Assembly: GCA_021209225.1 (NCBI GenBank)
Contig: JAJOIW010000057.1
Span: 1,520 to 65,519, forward strand
DNA: 64,000 bases
Direction of reading: 5' to 3'
Origin: Verrucomicrobiota bacterium
GTDB lineage: Bacteria > Verrucomicrobiota > Verrucomicrobiia > Limisphaerales > JAJOIW01
In this document: in pieces, positions 18,871 to 29,407 of the stretch
How positions within the stretch are numbered: the stretch's first letter is position 1
Layout of the letters: the number at the start of each line of letters is the position of its first letter
Position numbers and translations under genes: made by a program
Notes under the pieces: generated by a model
Databases searched by the model: none
The model's input: only the letters and a program-made list of their open reading frames with translations
Told to the model about the DNA's origin: nothing

Positions 18871-20091
18871 ATGCGATTTTCTCAATATATCGTTTTCATT
18901 GTGCTCATAGCGTTGCGGGTATCGGGAGTCAATCCTGATCCCGTCATCCCTCAGGACGCTATAGACAACGCAGGCAATATTCGTGTGGAAGAGAATTTCC
19001 GTGTCCGATTATGGGCTGCGGAGCCCCTCACCCAGGATCCCGTATCTATATACATAGATGAAAAAGGACGCATCTTCTCGGCTGAAACCGAACGTCAAAC
19101 AAATGGGGTCGAGGATAATCGAGGCCATGGTTACTGGTTGCAGGATGATTTGGCTTCTCAGACTGTCGAGGATCGTTCAGCCATGCTTGTTAAATGGAAA
19201 GATCGATTCGATGGCGGACTCGATTACTTCCGGCGCGGAGACGAATGGATCCGGCTTATTCAGGATACGGATGGGGACGGGATGGCGGATTCATCCACTT
19301 ATTTTGCCCGGAATTTCAACGACCCATTGGATGGAACCGGGGCTGGGGTGCTTTTCTGGAATGGTGACGTTTATTACACCAACATCCCGCATCTGTGGCG
19401 CCTGAGAGATATCGATGATGATGGCATTGCTGAGGAACGCTCGTCCATGTTCAGTGGCTTTGGGGTGCGGGTGGCCCTTCGTGGTCATGACATGCACGGA
19501 TTGGTGGTTGGACCCGATGGCAAACTATACTGGTCCATTGGAGATCGCGGTTATCATGTCCAAACAAAAAATGGTAAGTTGCTCCACGACCCAGGCTCAG
19601 GCGCAGTCTTTCGCTGCAACTTCGATGGCTCCGATCTGGAAGTCTTTTATTCAAGCCTCCGCAATCCGCAGGAATTGGCTTTTGACAAATACGGCAATCT
19701 TTTCACCGGTGATAACAATTCTGATGCCGGCGATGCCGCCCGATTAGTCTATTGCCTCGAAGGCGGAGAAAGCGGGTGGAATATGGCTTACCAATACCTC
19801 GAGGGTGACTACTCTCGTGGGCCATGGAATAATGAAAAACTCTGGCATAAACAGTTTCCTGGTCAACCAGCATGGATCCTTCCCCCAATCGACCACATTG
19901 GCAATGGCCCATCCGGATTCACATACTACCCCGGCACTGGCCTCCCAGCCGCATATAGCGGACACTTCTTCCTCTGTGACTTCAGGGGGGGGCGCCGCCC
20001 AGTCCCGAATCCTTACTTTCTCACATCGAAAATACCGGCGCCGGATTCAAAACCGTCAATCCCCGCGACTTTGTCAATAATGTCCTGGTGA
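18871..20091 (+). CDS. PVC-type putative membrane-bound dehydrogenase domain protein, N-terminal fragment (frame-shifted)
   Basis: Signal peptide from the ATG at 18871 (MRFSQYIVFIVLIAL). Beta-propeller-like region ending ...FFLCDFRGG at the G8 run 19985-19992. Confidence 0.75.
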   Translation: MRFSQYIVFIVLIALRVSGVNPDPVIPQDAIDNAGNIRVEENFRVRLWAAEPLTQDPVSIYIDEKGRIFSAETERQTNGVEDNRGHGYWLQDDLASQTVEDRSAMLVKWKDRFDGGLDYFRRGDEWIRLIQDTDGDGMADSSTYFARNFNDPLDGTGAGVLFWNGDVYYTNIPHLWRLRDIDDDGIAEERSSMFSGFGVRVALRGHDMHGLVVGPDGKLYWSIGDRGYHVQTKNGKLLHDPGSGAVFRCNFDGSDLEVFYSSLRNPQELAFDKYGNLFTGDNNSDAGDAARLVYCLEGGESGWNMAYQYLEGDYSRGPWNNEKLWHKQFPGQPAWILPPIDHIGNGPSGFTYYPGTGLPAAYSGHFFLCDFRGGRRPVPNPYFLTSKIPAPDSKPSIPATLSIMSW

Positions 20092-22091
20092 CAGATTTCG
20101 ATTTTGGTTTCGATGGAAAAATGTACCTCGCCGACTGGGTCTCCAGTTGGAACCACAATGGACAAGGTCGTATCTATACACTCGAATATAAAAATCTTGC
20201 GTCCAATCCAAACATTCTGGCCATGAAATCTCTGGTTGCTGAGGGTTTCCAGCACCGAAGTCAGGATGAACTGGCTTCGCTTCTCTCACATGAGGATATG
20301 CGCGTGCGGTTGCGCGCACAACTGGAACTGGCTTCAAGAGGTGCCACATCGTTGGAAACATTTGAATCTCTCCTGCGGCGCGGACCACAAATCCAGAAAA
20401 TCCACGCCATTTGGGGACTGACCATTCTCGCCCGCGATTATCAGAAAAACCGCCAGGCTTACGATCATCATCCTCTGTCGAGAGTCATCCGGTCAGCTTC
20501 TGTGGACGATGCTGAAATCCGTGCTCAGGTCGCCCGTGCATTTGGTGAGGCGCGATATGTTCGAGGAACGGAAAAGGTGATCAGTGAGCTGCTTCATGAT
20601 GAAAATCCACGAGTTCTTCTTTTCGCTGCCATGGCTGTTGGGAAGAATGGCCTCACTCAATACGCAGACCGTCTCGCTTCGATTCTCGCTGAAAATAATG
20701 ACCAGGATGTCTTTCTGCGTCATGGTTGTGTGATGGGCTTCACCTGGCTGGGTGACACTGATTACCTTGAAGGATTGCGTTCTCATCCATCAACTGCGGT
20801 TCGTCGTGGTGCCTTACTCGCCCTTCGGAAACTCAAAGATTCCAATGCAATAACCTCTTTCCTCAAGGACAGGGACGAGTCCATCGTCACCGAAGCCGCC
20901 AGAGCCATTCATGATTTGAATCCAGCACCTGAATCCACTGCACACCTGGCTGAACTCGCTCGCAATTATTCTGAAAATTCCCTGCCCTCGGGATTCTCCG
21001 GGGAGAATGAAGCCTTACTCCGCAGAATCATCAATGCCAACTTCAGGATCGGCGAGGTCTCCAATGCAGAAAATGTGCTGCGGTTGATTCAGAATGACAA
21101 ACTATCGGACCGCATCCGCATGGAGGCAATTCGCAGTGTCGGCGATTGGATCCAACCCAGTGCATTGGATCGGGTGCTCGGCTGGCACCGACCCGTTCCT
21201 CGCATGACATCCGCTTCGGATTCCAGCGGGCTTCAGGTTTTGTTCAATGCCCAATTGCCTCCTTTGGTCAACTCCCTCAACAAGAATTTAAGCGAAGAAA
21301 TCGCCCGGGCCATGGCCAAACTTGGCATCCTGATGGAGGACGATCGCATCATCTCCACCATATCCAATGCCAATCTGCCAGTCACACAGAGACTTTCTGC
21401 CATCCAATCACTCAAAAACCTCGACGCCACCGTCTGGAATGAAGGTATCAATGCCGCACTCGATTCAGATTCTCCCGAATTGATTCAAGCCGGATTGGCC
21501 TCGCTCGTCGAGACCCAAGGCGCACGGGCATTCCCCCGCCTGCGCCTGATCTTCCATTCAGAGAATCCGATTTTAAAAAACGCCGCCACACTGCAGATCG
21601 CCCGCCTCGAAACCCCGGAGGCACAACAATTTTTTCTCAACCAGGTCGTCGGTAAATTATCTCAGGGTGCAATTGATCCCTCCATCCATCTCGAAATCCA
21701 TGAAGCGGTGTCCCATTCTCAAAATCCTGAAATGATCCATGCCTTGAATACCTACCTGGATTCTTTGGATGTTTCCCCGGACCTGAGAGAATGGATGGTG
21801 ACTCTCCATGGTGGAAATGTCCAACGTGGGCAATCCTTGTTCGAATCTCATCCTGTCGCCCAGTGCCTGCGGTGTCATAAAGTCGGCTCAACCGGGGTCG
21901 GTGAAGCTGGACCTAACCTCCAGGGCGTCGCTTCACGCCTCAATCCTGTGCAGCTCATTGAAAGCCTCATCCTCCCCAACGCCACACTATCACAAGGATT
22001 CGGACCGGTTTCAGCCATGCCTCCCATGGGGCTCCTCCTCTCAAAACACGAAATCCGCGACATACTCGCCTATATCAAAACCCTCAACTGA
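20088..22091 (+). CDS. same protein, C-terminal fragment: HEAT repeats + Pirellula/Verrucomicrobium-type heme-binding domain
   Basis: The frame is open from 19983 (GGAPPSPESLLSHIENTGAGFKTV...DFDFGFDGKMYLADW). HEAT-like repeats; C-terminal GNVQRGQSLF...CLRCHKVG...GPNL. Confidence 0.75.
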   Translation: MTDFDFGFDGKMYLADWVSSWNHNGQGRIYTLEYKNLASNPNILAMKSLVAEGFQHRSQDELASLLSHEDMRVRLRAQLELASRGATSLETFESLLRRGPQIQKIHAIWGLTILARDYQKNRQAYDHHPLSRVIRSASVDDAEIRAQVARAFGEARYVRGTEKVISELLHDENPRVLLFAAMAVGKNGLTQYADRLASILAENNDQDVFLRHGCVMGFTWLGDTDYLEGLRSHPSTAVRRGALLALRKLKDSNAITSFLKDRDESIVTEAARAIHDLNPAPESTAHLAELARNYSENSLPSGFSGENEALLRRIINANFRIGEVSNAENVLRLIQNDKLSDRIRMEAIRSVGDWIQPSALDRVLGWHRPVPRMTSASDSSGLQVLFNAQLPPLVNSLNKNLSEEIARAMAKLGILMEDDRIISTISNANLPVTQRLSAIQSLKNLDATVWNEGINAALDSDSPELIQAGLASLVETQGARAFPRLRLIFHSENPILKNAATLQIARLETPEAQQFFLNQVVGKLSQGAIDPSIHLEIHEAVSHSQNPEMIHALNTYLDSLDVSPDLREWMVTLHGGNVQRGQSLFESHPVAQCLRCHKVGSTGVGEAGPNLQGVASRLNPVQLIESLILPNATLSQGFGPVSAMPPMGLLLSKHEIRDILAYIKTLN

Positions 22092-22122
22092 TTCCATTCC
22101 AATATTTATCCCCCAACACATC

Positions 22123-22146
22123 GCCGGCTTCAGGTCGGCTTTTTTT
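22123..22146 (+). terminator. rho-independent terminator
   Basis: gccggc/gtcggc stem (one G-U pair), loop ttcag, then T7; 32 nt after the stop at 22091. Confidence 0.6.
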
Positions 22147-22434
22147 CTCTCTGGACCTCATTCCATGCCTGCCACGCTTTGGGCATGGATTTCTGGATTT
22201 CCCCATCACTCATTCCAGGACTCATTTCACGCCTCCTGTCCCATCCACTGAAACGGGAAATCTCAAATCAGCCCAATCACCTGAACTGCACGGCCAATCC
22301 ACCCACACTGAACCTGAATGGATTCATTGAATCCCAGTTCTGAATTTCTGCCCCGCACAGTAAATTGTCGACAATCCACGCGTCATGGATATGCTCAGCA
22401 GAAATCCAATCGTAGACTCCATTTCAACAGGTTT

Positions 22435-23229
22435 ATGAAAAAACCATTCAAGCGTTCGTATCAGGTGAGGGCATTTACATTGATAGAGCTACTTGTTGTC
22501 ATCGCCATCATCGCCATCCTGGCCAGCATGCTTCTTCCAGCTCTCTCCAAGGCAAATGAGAAGGCCCGCAGGACCTCATGTCTCAACAACCTCCGCCAGA
22601 TCTCCATCTTAATGCAGTTATACACGGACGATAATAATGACGTCTTCCCAGCTCATAGAAACAATGGACTGAACGACTCTGCCGTCAGACCAAACAACTG
22701 GTGGGGCATGATCATCATGAATAAAAATGTCAACCTGGCACGTGTCCCAGCCAATTCCAATACCAATCTCTTCCATTGCCCATCCTTGAAGGGCCGCAGA
22801 AAGGACCTGGGCGTCACCTGGGATTGGCAGTTCGATGCTCACAAAGTCGGATACGGATACAACGCCTTCTTCCTTGGATTGCACCCATACGGAACCCAAA
22901 CCGTTCCGGTCAGAGGTCGCTCGATAGTCAGCAACCCGTGGTTCAAAAGATCCAGCGTGAAACGCCCAGCTATGAACCTCGCCATTGGTGACACAATGCC
23001 CAAACCAGACGGATTCTGGAGCAGTTCGCTCTGGTGGCCCAGCTCCGGATTCGGTGCATCAGATGCCAAAGAAGGAGTCGATCCCAATCGCCACCTCGGC
23101 GGGGGAAATATGGTCTTCAACGACTTGCACGCCGAATTCCGCGAATCTTCAAAAATCAACCCGCCATCAGATCCCTTCCGGACCCGAACAGATATCAACC
23201 TTCAATATTGGGACCCATTGCAAAGATAA
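22435..23229 (+). CDS. prepilin-type N-terminal cleavage/methylation domain protein (DUF1559-like)
   Basis: [29 protein letters not shown] is the classic type IV pilin-like N-terminus, followed by a DUF1559-like body. The ATG at 22435 is preferred over the ORF start at 22318. Confidence 0.85.
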   Translation: MKKPFKRSYQVRAFTLIELLVVIAIIAILASMLLPALSKANEKARRTSCLNNLRQISILMQLYTDDNNDVFPAHRNNGLNDSAVRPNNWWGMIIMNKNVNLARVPANSNTNLFHCPSLKGRRKDLGVTWDWQFDAHKVGYGYNAFFLGLHPYGTQTVPVRGRSIVSNPWFKRSSVKRPAMNLAIGDTMPKPDGFWSSSLWWPSSGFGASDAKEGVDPNRHLGGGNMVFNDLHAEFRESSKINPPSDPFRTRTDINLQYWDPLQR

Positions 23230-23438
23230 TTAATTTCCAGTCCTGACTCGTCGGCAAACCAGAGCCAAGACTCCCTCATCATCTCATCAGGGGTCCCTCG
23301 CCACATCTCAGCACATCACGGAATTCTCACACTCCTGGTAATGTCTGGTGATCCTCGTCCATCGCGTCCCGTGGTCGCGTCCAGTGCATACCGCAAACAG
23401 ATCAGAGTCCCATTCTGTTGTTTTATTTCGCCCTGGCT

Positions 23439-24707
23439 TCACTGCCTCACTTCAGTCAGTCGGTAGAATTTCTGCCTGTCCTCGTTACGGATGCCTTTTC
23501 TGTAGGTGAATCTTTGGAGTTGTCCACTGTAATCCGGGGAGGTGTGGATGGGTTTCCAGTTGAGCATATCCTGAGATTCCAGCAGCCGGTACTGGCCGCC
23601 GATGGATTCGTAGGACACAGAATCATCCTTTATTCTCAATCTTGGTGAAACACGCAGATCGGTAACCTTGGTGTCGTCATACCAGAAATCCTGCGGTATT
23701 GTCATTACGAGTTTTTCTATATGGGACAGCGAGGAGGAAAAGTTCTCCAATTCAATATCCGGGTGGATATAGACTTCATTTATCTGGCTGTTATGTATTG
23801 TAATTCTTTGCAGCTTGGCTTTTGGGTTGGAGAATCGAATGGATGTATTCAAGACATATCCAAGAGTTAGATTCGTCAGTTTATCTGTCGAATCCGGAAG
23901 CTGGAGTTTCCCAACCCGCCCGCTGCTTATGGAAAGACTTTTAAGATTTGAAAATGCCCGGAAGTCCAGGTCGTATGTGTCTTCAGCATTCACACTCCCA
24001 CGATCCCCTCTATAGAGAGAGAAGCTTGTGGCATCTTGTGATGCCATCAAAAGTGAATCATAATTTTTCATGAGCCCTGAATCCTGGATCCAGACACTGA
24101 CATTTGTGGGGAAGGTGTTTGAGATTTCCAGAGTCGTGAGATTTCCATTAAGTGCTGAACTATGCCAGCCCCGTAAGGTTCCAAGATCGCTGATGTACAG
24201 GTTCATCAAAGCCGGCATAACTGCGGCATCGAGGTATACAGATTGCAGGGCAAAGTCAATATCCAGCCTTTCCAGTGAAGGTAAGCTGGATTCCACTCTC
24301 AAGCTGATTGGCGGTGGTTCAATCTCGTTGGCATAGATAGCCAGATATTCCAGCTCTCCGAGTCCTTCGGGAATGACCAGCTCGGTTTCTGAGAACAGGA
24401 ATATTCTGAGCGAAATCAAATGGGGTAGCTTTCCGAGGTCGGTTAGAGTTTCTGGTCCTCCAGCAACCGCCAATGTCAGGTGCTTCAGGTTAGGAAGCAA
24501 ATCAACACCATCAAAAGGATTCACTTGATCCTGAACGCTCAAATGGAGTTTTTCAATCTTTGCAGCCTCCACAACTGTGATAGGCACCGATTCATCCGCC
24601 AGTTCATTCTGGCCATAGGTATTCACCAGCCTGGCTCGGACAGTGGCCTCAGTTTCCGGATTGGCAAAGTGGATGATCGTTGAGTCGTCGATCCCAGTCT
24701 GGCTCAT
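23439..24707 (-). CDS. leucine-rich-repeat-like protein with a C-terminal W...FYRL module
   Basis: 422 aa. Repeated LxxLxL units (LPNLKHLTL, LPHLISLRI, LGELEYLAI, LPSLERLDI, FSNLKSLSI). No signal peptide is evident. Confidence 0.6.
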   Translation of the reverse strand: MSQTGIDDSTIIHFANPETEATVRARLVNTYGQNELADESVPITVVEAAKIEKLHLSVQDQVNPFDGVDLLPNLKHLTLAVAGGPETLTDLGKLPHLISLRIFLFSETELVIPEGLGELEYLAIYANEIEPPPISLRVESSLPSLERLDIDFALQSVYLDAAVMPALMNLYISDLGTLRGWHSSALNGNLTTLEISNTFPTNVSVWIQDSGLMKNYDSLLMASQDATSFSLYRGDRGSVNAEDTYDLDFRAFSNLKSLSISSGRVGKLQLPDSTDKLTNLTLGYVLNTSIRFSNPKAKLQRITIHNSQINEVYIHPDIELENFSSSLSHIEKLVMTIPQDFWYDDTKVTDLRVSPRLRIKDDSVSYESIGGQYRLLESQDMLNWKPIHTSPDYSGQLQRFTYRKGIRNEDRQKFYRLTEVRQ

Positions 24708-25186
24708 GGCTTACGAAAAATTCAGAACGATCAGGGCACAGGTCAGTACAAATCTTTCCATGGGAAATTTCTACTTTGGATGGATCTTCGGCCTTTACTG
24801 CCTGTCTAATTGAGTTCAACTTCTCAGAAAATCCGGAATGGCAGGGGAGTATAAAATATCCCGCCCAATGGAACGACATGTTTCCTGGTTTTGAATTGGA
24901 ACTCCAAACAGGCTGAATATCCCGGAATAGCCACCTTGGAGCAGGGAAGGGTGTCGCCCCATACTTTCAAATTCCTGGAAGTGCCTCACAAGAATCCATT
25001 CGCACTGAACCTCCACGTGCTGTGGGCCCGGGCCGGCGTGGTATTCACGGGTGGCCATGACCCGGGATGCCCATGGCGTGGCAATTGAACCTGCACGATT
25101 CTGCAAATAAAACCCGAACACCTGATTGAAAAGAAGCAGGCCATACTTTATTTGTGGAGCTTCCGGATTCATACTTGTGCATCAAA

Positions 25187-25810
25187 ATGAAACCTCAATC
25201 TCATCATTCTCTCACTCGTGAGGCAGTCCTTGTTCACGGCATCTTTAACTCAGGCCGCGTCTTCCGCACCATGGTCCGCCATCTTCAGAAAAATAATATT
25301 CAATGTCACATCATTCAATTGAAACCATCCTGGGGGGGAGCACCCATCGAGTCTCTGGCTCACCAACTCGATTCCTTCATAAAGAATCGTATCGCCAACA
25401 ATAATCCCTTTTCCCTTATAGGCTTTTCCATGGGGTCACTCGTATGCCGATATTATCTGCAGAAATTATACCATGAGAACAATGTCTCACACTTCTTCTC
25501 CATTTGCGGCCCGCACCACGGCACTTTGTGGGCCTGGTTCTGGATAGGCAAAGGAACACACCAAATGAAATTCAGGAGCCCATTCCTCACGGATTTGAAT
25601 AATAATCAACACCTTCTGAAAGATATACCCACAGTCTCTTACAGAACCCCTTTTGATCAGGTCATCATACCATCAAAAAGTTCCTGTCTGGAAAACGCGG
25701 AGAATATCGTATACCCACTCCTCAGCCACCAGTGGATGCCTCATTCCAGAAGAGTGATAAATCATATCATTCAAACTATCCAATCACCATCAGACCAAAC
25801 TCATGCATAA
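25187..25810 (+). CDS. alpha/beta hydrolase (lipase/esterase-like)
   Basis: VLVHGIFNSG near the N-terminus and nucleophile elbow GFSMGS (GxSxG). The ORF opens at GTG 25154; the ATG at 25187 is preferred. Confidence 0.7.
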   Translation: MKPQSHHSLTREAVLVHGIFNSGRVFRTMVRHLQKNNIQCHIIQLKPSWGGAPIESLAHQLDSFIKNRIANNNPFSLIGFSMGSLVCRYYLQKLYHENNVSHFFSICGPHHGTLWAWFWIGKGTHQMKFRSPFLTDLNNNQHLLKDIPTVSYRTPFDQVIIPSKSSCLENAENIVYPLLSHQWMPHSRRVINHIIQTIQSPSDQTHA

Positions 25811-25815
25811 TCAAT

Positions 25816-26868
25816 TCATATCCCCAAATACCGCTTGGCATTCCCATAACAGATATTCTCTATCAATGGGCCAGTCAGCTTCTCACAATCCGGTATTTCT
25901 CCATTCTCAATCTCCTCACCCACCAGATTGCAGAGAATCCGCCGGAAATACTCATGCCTCGGAAACGACATGAAAGATCGTGAATCCGTGAGCATCCCTA
26001 TAAATCTGGAAAGCAATCCCAGATTTGATAAAGTGTTGAGCTGCCACTCCATGCCATCTCTCTGATCTAAAAACCACCAGCCACTCCCCAATTGGATTTT
26101 CCCGGCCGTCACCCCATCCTGGAAATTCCCCAGCATCGATCCAAATATGTAATTATCCGATGGATTCAGATTATACAAAATCATCCGCGGAAGGCTGCCA
26201 ACCGATTCCAACCTGTCCATATATCGAGCCAATTTCTCAGCCTGCGGCCAATCCCCAATCGAATCAAATCCCACATCCGGACCCAATTTTTTAAATCCAG
26301 CCGAATTATTATTCCTCAAAGCCCCCAAATGCAGCTGCTTTGTCCACCCTCGCTTCGCATCCAGGATTCCAAAAAAATGCATGAGATAACTGGCATACTT
26401 TTCATGCTCCTCCATACTCGCCGAAACCCCGGATCGCGCCCGATCAAATATATTCGAGGCTTCCATTTCCGTGCAATCGTCAGAATAACAATAACTCAAC
26501 CCATGATCAGATACCCTCGCTCCCATTTCATGAAAATACTCATGCCGCTTCTCCAGAGCCTCAAGCAAATCACTCAACCCGCGTATTTCCCGCTGACATG
26601 TTGCTGCCAGTTTGTCCACCCACGCATTAAATATTTGCGGCTGACGCACATTCAACGATTTATCTGGTCTGAAAGCTGGTAATACTCTCGCTTCAATCCG
26701 TGAATCATTGGATATGGCTTCGTGATACTCAAGACTGTCCGCAGGATCATCCGTCGTACACAAAACCTCCACCCTGAACCGCTTCAGAATATCAACTGTC
26801 GAAAATCCACCCCCCCCGCAATTGTTCCCCAGCTTCCTCCCATATCTCGTCAGCCGTGTCCGGTCCAA
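25816..26868 (-). CDS. uxaC: glucuronate (uronate) isomerase, C-terminal fragment (frame-shifted)
   Basis: [33 protein letters not shown] and downstream UxaC-like sequence. It joins the upstream fragment at the G8 run (C8 at 26810-26817 on the plus strand). Confidence 0.85.
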   Translation of the reverse strand: MDRTRLTRYGRKLGNNCGGGGFSTVDILKRFRVEVLCTTDDPADSLEYHEAISNDSRIEARVLPAFRPDKSLNVRQPQIFNAWVDKLAATCQREIRGLSDLLEALEKRHEYFHEMGARVSDHGLSYCYSDDCTEMEASNIFDRARSGVSASMEEHEKYASYLMHFFGILDAKRGWTKQLHLGALRNNNSAGFKKLGPDVGFDSIGDWPQAEKLARYMDRLESVGSLPRMILYNLNPSDNYIFGSMLGNFQDGVTAGKIQLGSGWWFLDQRDGMEWQLNTLSNLGLLSRFIGMLTDSRSFMSFPRHEYFRRILCNLVGEEIENGEIPDCEKLTGPLIENICYGNAKRYLGI

Positions 26869-27217
26869 GTAATTTATTAATCCCGAAATACCTCTTCAAT
26901 TCCAGATGTGTCCAATGATAAAGCGGATTCCTCACCGTATGCGGAACAGTCCGGGCAAAGGCATTAAACTTCTCCCTGGCTGATGCCCCGCCCGTACAGA
27001 ACTCCTCACCCACACCATTCGAACGCATCGCACGCCACTTATAATGATCGCCTTCAAGCCATAATTCATATAAGTTCTCATATTCCCTATGCTCGGCAAT
27101 CTCTCTCGGTGAAAGGTGATTATGGTAGTCAATGATGGGCTGCTTCTCCGCATACTTCTTGTAGAGTTCCCGCCCCGCATCGTTGTGAACCATGAAATTC
27201 TTCTTGATATAGGCCAT
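26792..27217 (-). CDS. uxaC: glucuronate isomerase, N-terminal fragment
   Basis: [32 protein letters not shown] and [17 protein letters not shown] are UxaC hallmark motifs. Confidence 0.85.
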   Translation of the reverse strand: MAYIKKNFMVHNDAGRELYKKYAEKQPIIDYHNHLSPREIAEHREYENLYELWLEGDHYKWRAMRSNGVGEEFCTGGASAREKFNAFARTVPHTVRNPLYHWTHLELKRYFGINKLLGPDTADEIWEEAGEQLRGGWIFDS

Positions 27218-27275
27218 ACTTCTCCTCTGGTTGCTGTGTTTTTTTATTTCTCAATCCACCTGCTTCTCAGCCCCA

Positions 27276-28529
27276 CTATTCCGATATGAACAAAGGCTTC
27301 ATATGTCTTTCGTATATGTTCGTCGTGACATTCCGGCTGATAGTCGACTCGCAGGCAATAAGCAGGTTTGTATACTCCTCTCCCAATTGCGCAGCAACTT
27401 TATATCCAACATGCAGCAATTGCCTGAAGTCAGGATTGAAGGCACTGCACGCTGGAACATGCCTCAAAGACTGGACATATTGCTCCCCATCCCAGGCATC
27501 CACTGATTGTGGTGAGGGCAAACGCCCTCTCTGAATGTCAATCACACTCGCATAGGGAGCACATAACTCATCCATCTTGTCATAAGCTTTGGCGTATATT
27601 CTTTTCGCGAGTTTCAACCCATCTCCCCCTGCTTCTGCCAACCCTATCAGTTCCTCCAGCCACGTTGTCCCGGCAGTCTTGATGTGTATGCCGCAATCAT
27701 GCTTCCGCATGGCTTGTCGAATGGACTCATAAATGGAAAATTTGTCCGAGCCGGAATGCACACTGAGTTTTAAATTGCCGGGTAAATCATAGGCATTGAT
27801 TGCATGTTTCAAAACGCTTATGTCATTGTCGAATTCGAGTGCGAACTGTTTTACATCTCCCACATAGTCAACCCCCTTGTTGAAGCGTCCCGTGAATTTG
27901 GGTGCAATCGTCTGGATAGGAATTTTATAATCTGATATCGCAGCCAGAATGATTAACAACTCCACCGGAGTCTGTGGGGAGTCTGTTTCATCCATTGAAA
28001 TTTCAATGATGAGGCTCTGTGAATCCTTCCGGGAGGACAGGTGTCTGTAGACATCCGCCGCCTTCTCCACAGCTGATAAGTACTTCTCAACTATGGTCCT
28101 TAATTCACTCCCGGTTATGTGTATGTCATCCTGGATTCCCGGTATCGTGATGCGACCTGAGAGTTCCTTGTGGTTCTGAATAAACCTGTCGACCTCACCT
28201 GATCCACATGGTTTTCCAATATATTCGGCGACATCTATGGTGAAAAAGTCACAGCTCCCGATGAACTCATTCACGTTTTTCAAATTGATATGATCCGCAT
28301 CCAGATGGTAGGGAGCATTCCATCCCAGCTCCTTGACTGCCCTGTCAGCAGCTGCACGAGTCCCACCAGGTTTCGTCCCTATCGTGGTATGCTCACGATA
28401 GGATTTGTTCCAGACCGGCACGATGTCCGCCCCGGATTGTCCCGCCAATACAAATGCCCGAAGCTGAGCTGCGGCCTGGTGCTCAAATCGGTCGCCCACT
28501 CCAAATGAATACTTTCCAATCATCATCAC
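27276..28529 (-). CDS. uxaE: tagaturonate/fructuronate epimerase-like protein (UxaE family)
   Basis: LDADHINL, SMDETDSPQTP, SVHSGSDKFSIY, HIKTAGTTWLEE and RQLLHVGYKV match my recollection of Thermotoga UxaE (TM0440). It is adjacent to uxaC. Confidence 0.6.
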   Translation of the reverse strand: MMMIGKYSFGVGDRFEHQAAAQLRAFVLAGQSGADIVPVWNKSYREHTTIGTKPGGTRAAADRAVKELGWNAPYHLDADHINLKNVNEFIGSCDFFTIDVAEYIGKPCGSGEVDRFIQNHKELSGRITIPGIQDDIHITGSELRTIVEKYLSAVEKAADVYRHLSSRKDSQSLIIEISMDETDSPQTPVELLIILAAISDYKIPIQTIAPKFTGRFNKGVDYVGDVKQFALEFDNDISVLKHAINAYDLPGNLKLSVHSGSDKFSIYESIRQAMRKHDCGIHIKTAGTTWLEELIGLAEAGGDGLKLAKRIYAKAYDKMDELCAPYASVIDIQRGRLPSPQSVDAWDGEQYVQSLRHVPACSAFNPDFRQLLHVGYKVAAQLGEEYTNLLIACESTISRNVTTNIYERHMKPLFISE

Positions 28530-29407
28530 GGACAGGACTTATATCATTCATCGCCAATCTTGGAAATTCAAATTTTCTCAAATTGTCCAATCATCATAGC
28601 TTTTCCCGAATCCAGCCACAATCAATCCGGTTTGATTTCAATCCAATACATCCTCGATATTCCACTATGAACCAGATATGGAGTCCAGTTAGTCATCCGG
28701 AATTGTGAGATTCGGGAAATGCAATCAAATATACATGTTTGTATTCAAGCGTAAAATATTGTATAAATTATTCTATCATGTAGGGTAATAGTCAGAATGC
28801 CTTCACTCATTTTTCATTTAATTCTGATATGTTGAGCTTATTCCCCACACTTTCCCCCAGGGGCATATCTGTATCCATTATAACCATTCCCGATTGGTGA
28901 AATTTCCCTCCTTCGATTATTTTTCCTGTTGAGCAAGTCAAGTACAGTCGTACTCATATCATTTCTGTGTTTTGCCTTGTTTATCCACAGCTGAATCCTG
29001 GCACTATCCAGTCTCACGACTGGTGTTGGTTCCGGCTGGTATCAGGGTGTCGGAATGTGATGGACCCCGGATGGTTTTGAAAACGTCTGAGGTCACTTGC
29101 CTCAATTCTGATCTCCAGCCCCTCAGAATGAGATGAGCGATCAACCGGAATATACTTGAATGAATAGTTGTTTATTCGTGATTCGCCATCCGGGTCCTTG
29201 GTTTTTCCAGGCACCCTCCATGCTCGATTCACTTTCCGGACAGATTCATATCAAATCAAAATTCCCATGAATTCACAGGACAAGAGCTACTCCACACATA
29301 AAGCGCCATCATAAAAATTGTATCGACTCAGACATGAGAAAAGTCCATTAAATACCCTCGTTCTGCAGTAATGAATTACTTCCTGAATTCAAATTGAGTA
29401 AAGTTAA

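Noticed and set aside
24816-25172. 118-aa minus-strand ORF (plus 24649-24879) between the LRR gene and the hydrolase gene, considered as a missing N-terminus of the LRR protein or a separate gene.
   Set aside because: No family motif was recognised. A stop (TAA) lies two codons upstream of the LRR ATG, and single-nucleotide changes in the nearby T5 run only create new stops. Coding status is left unresolved and the ORF is not reported as a feature.
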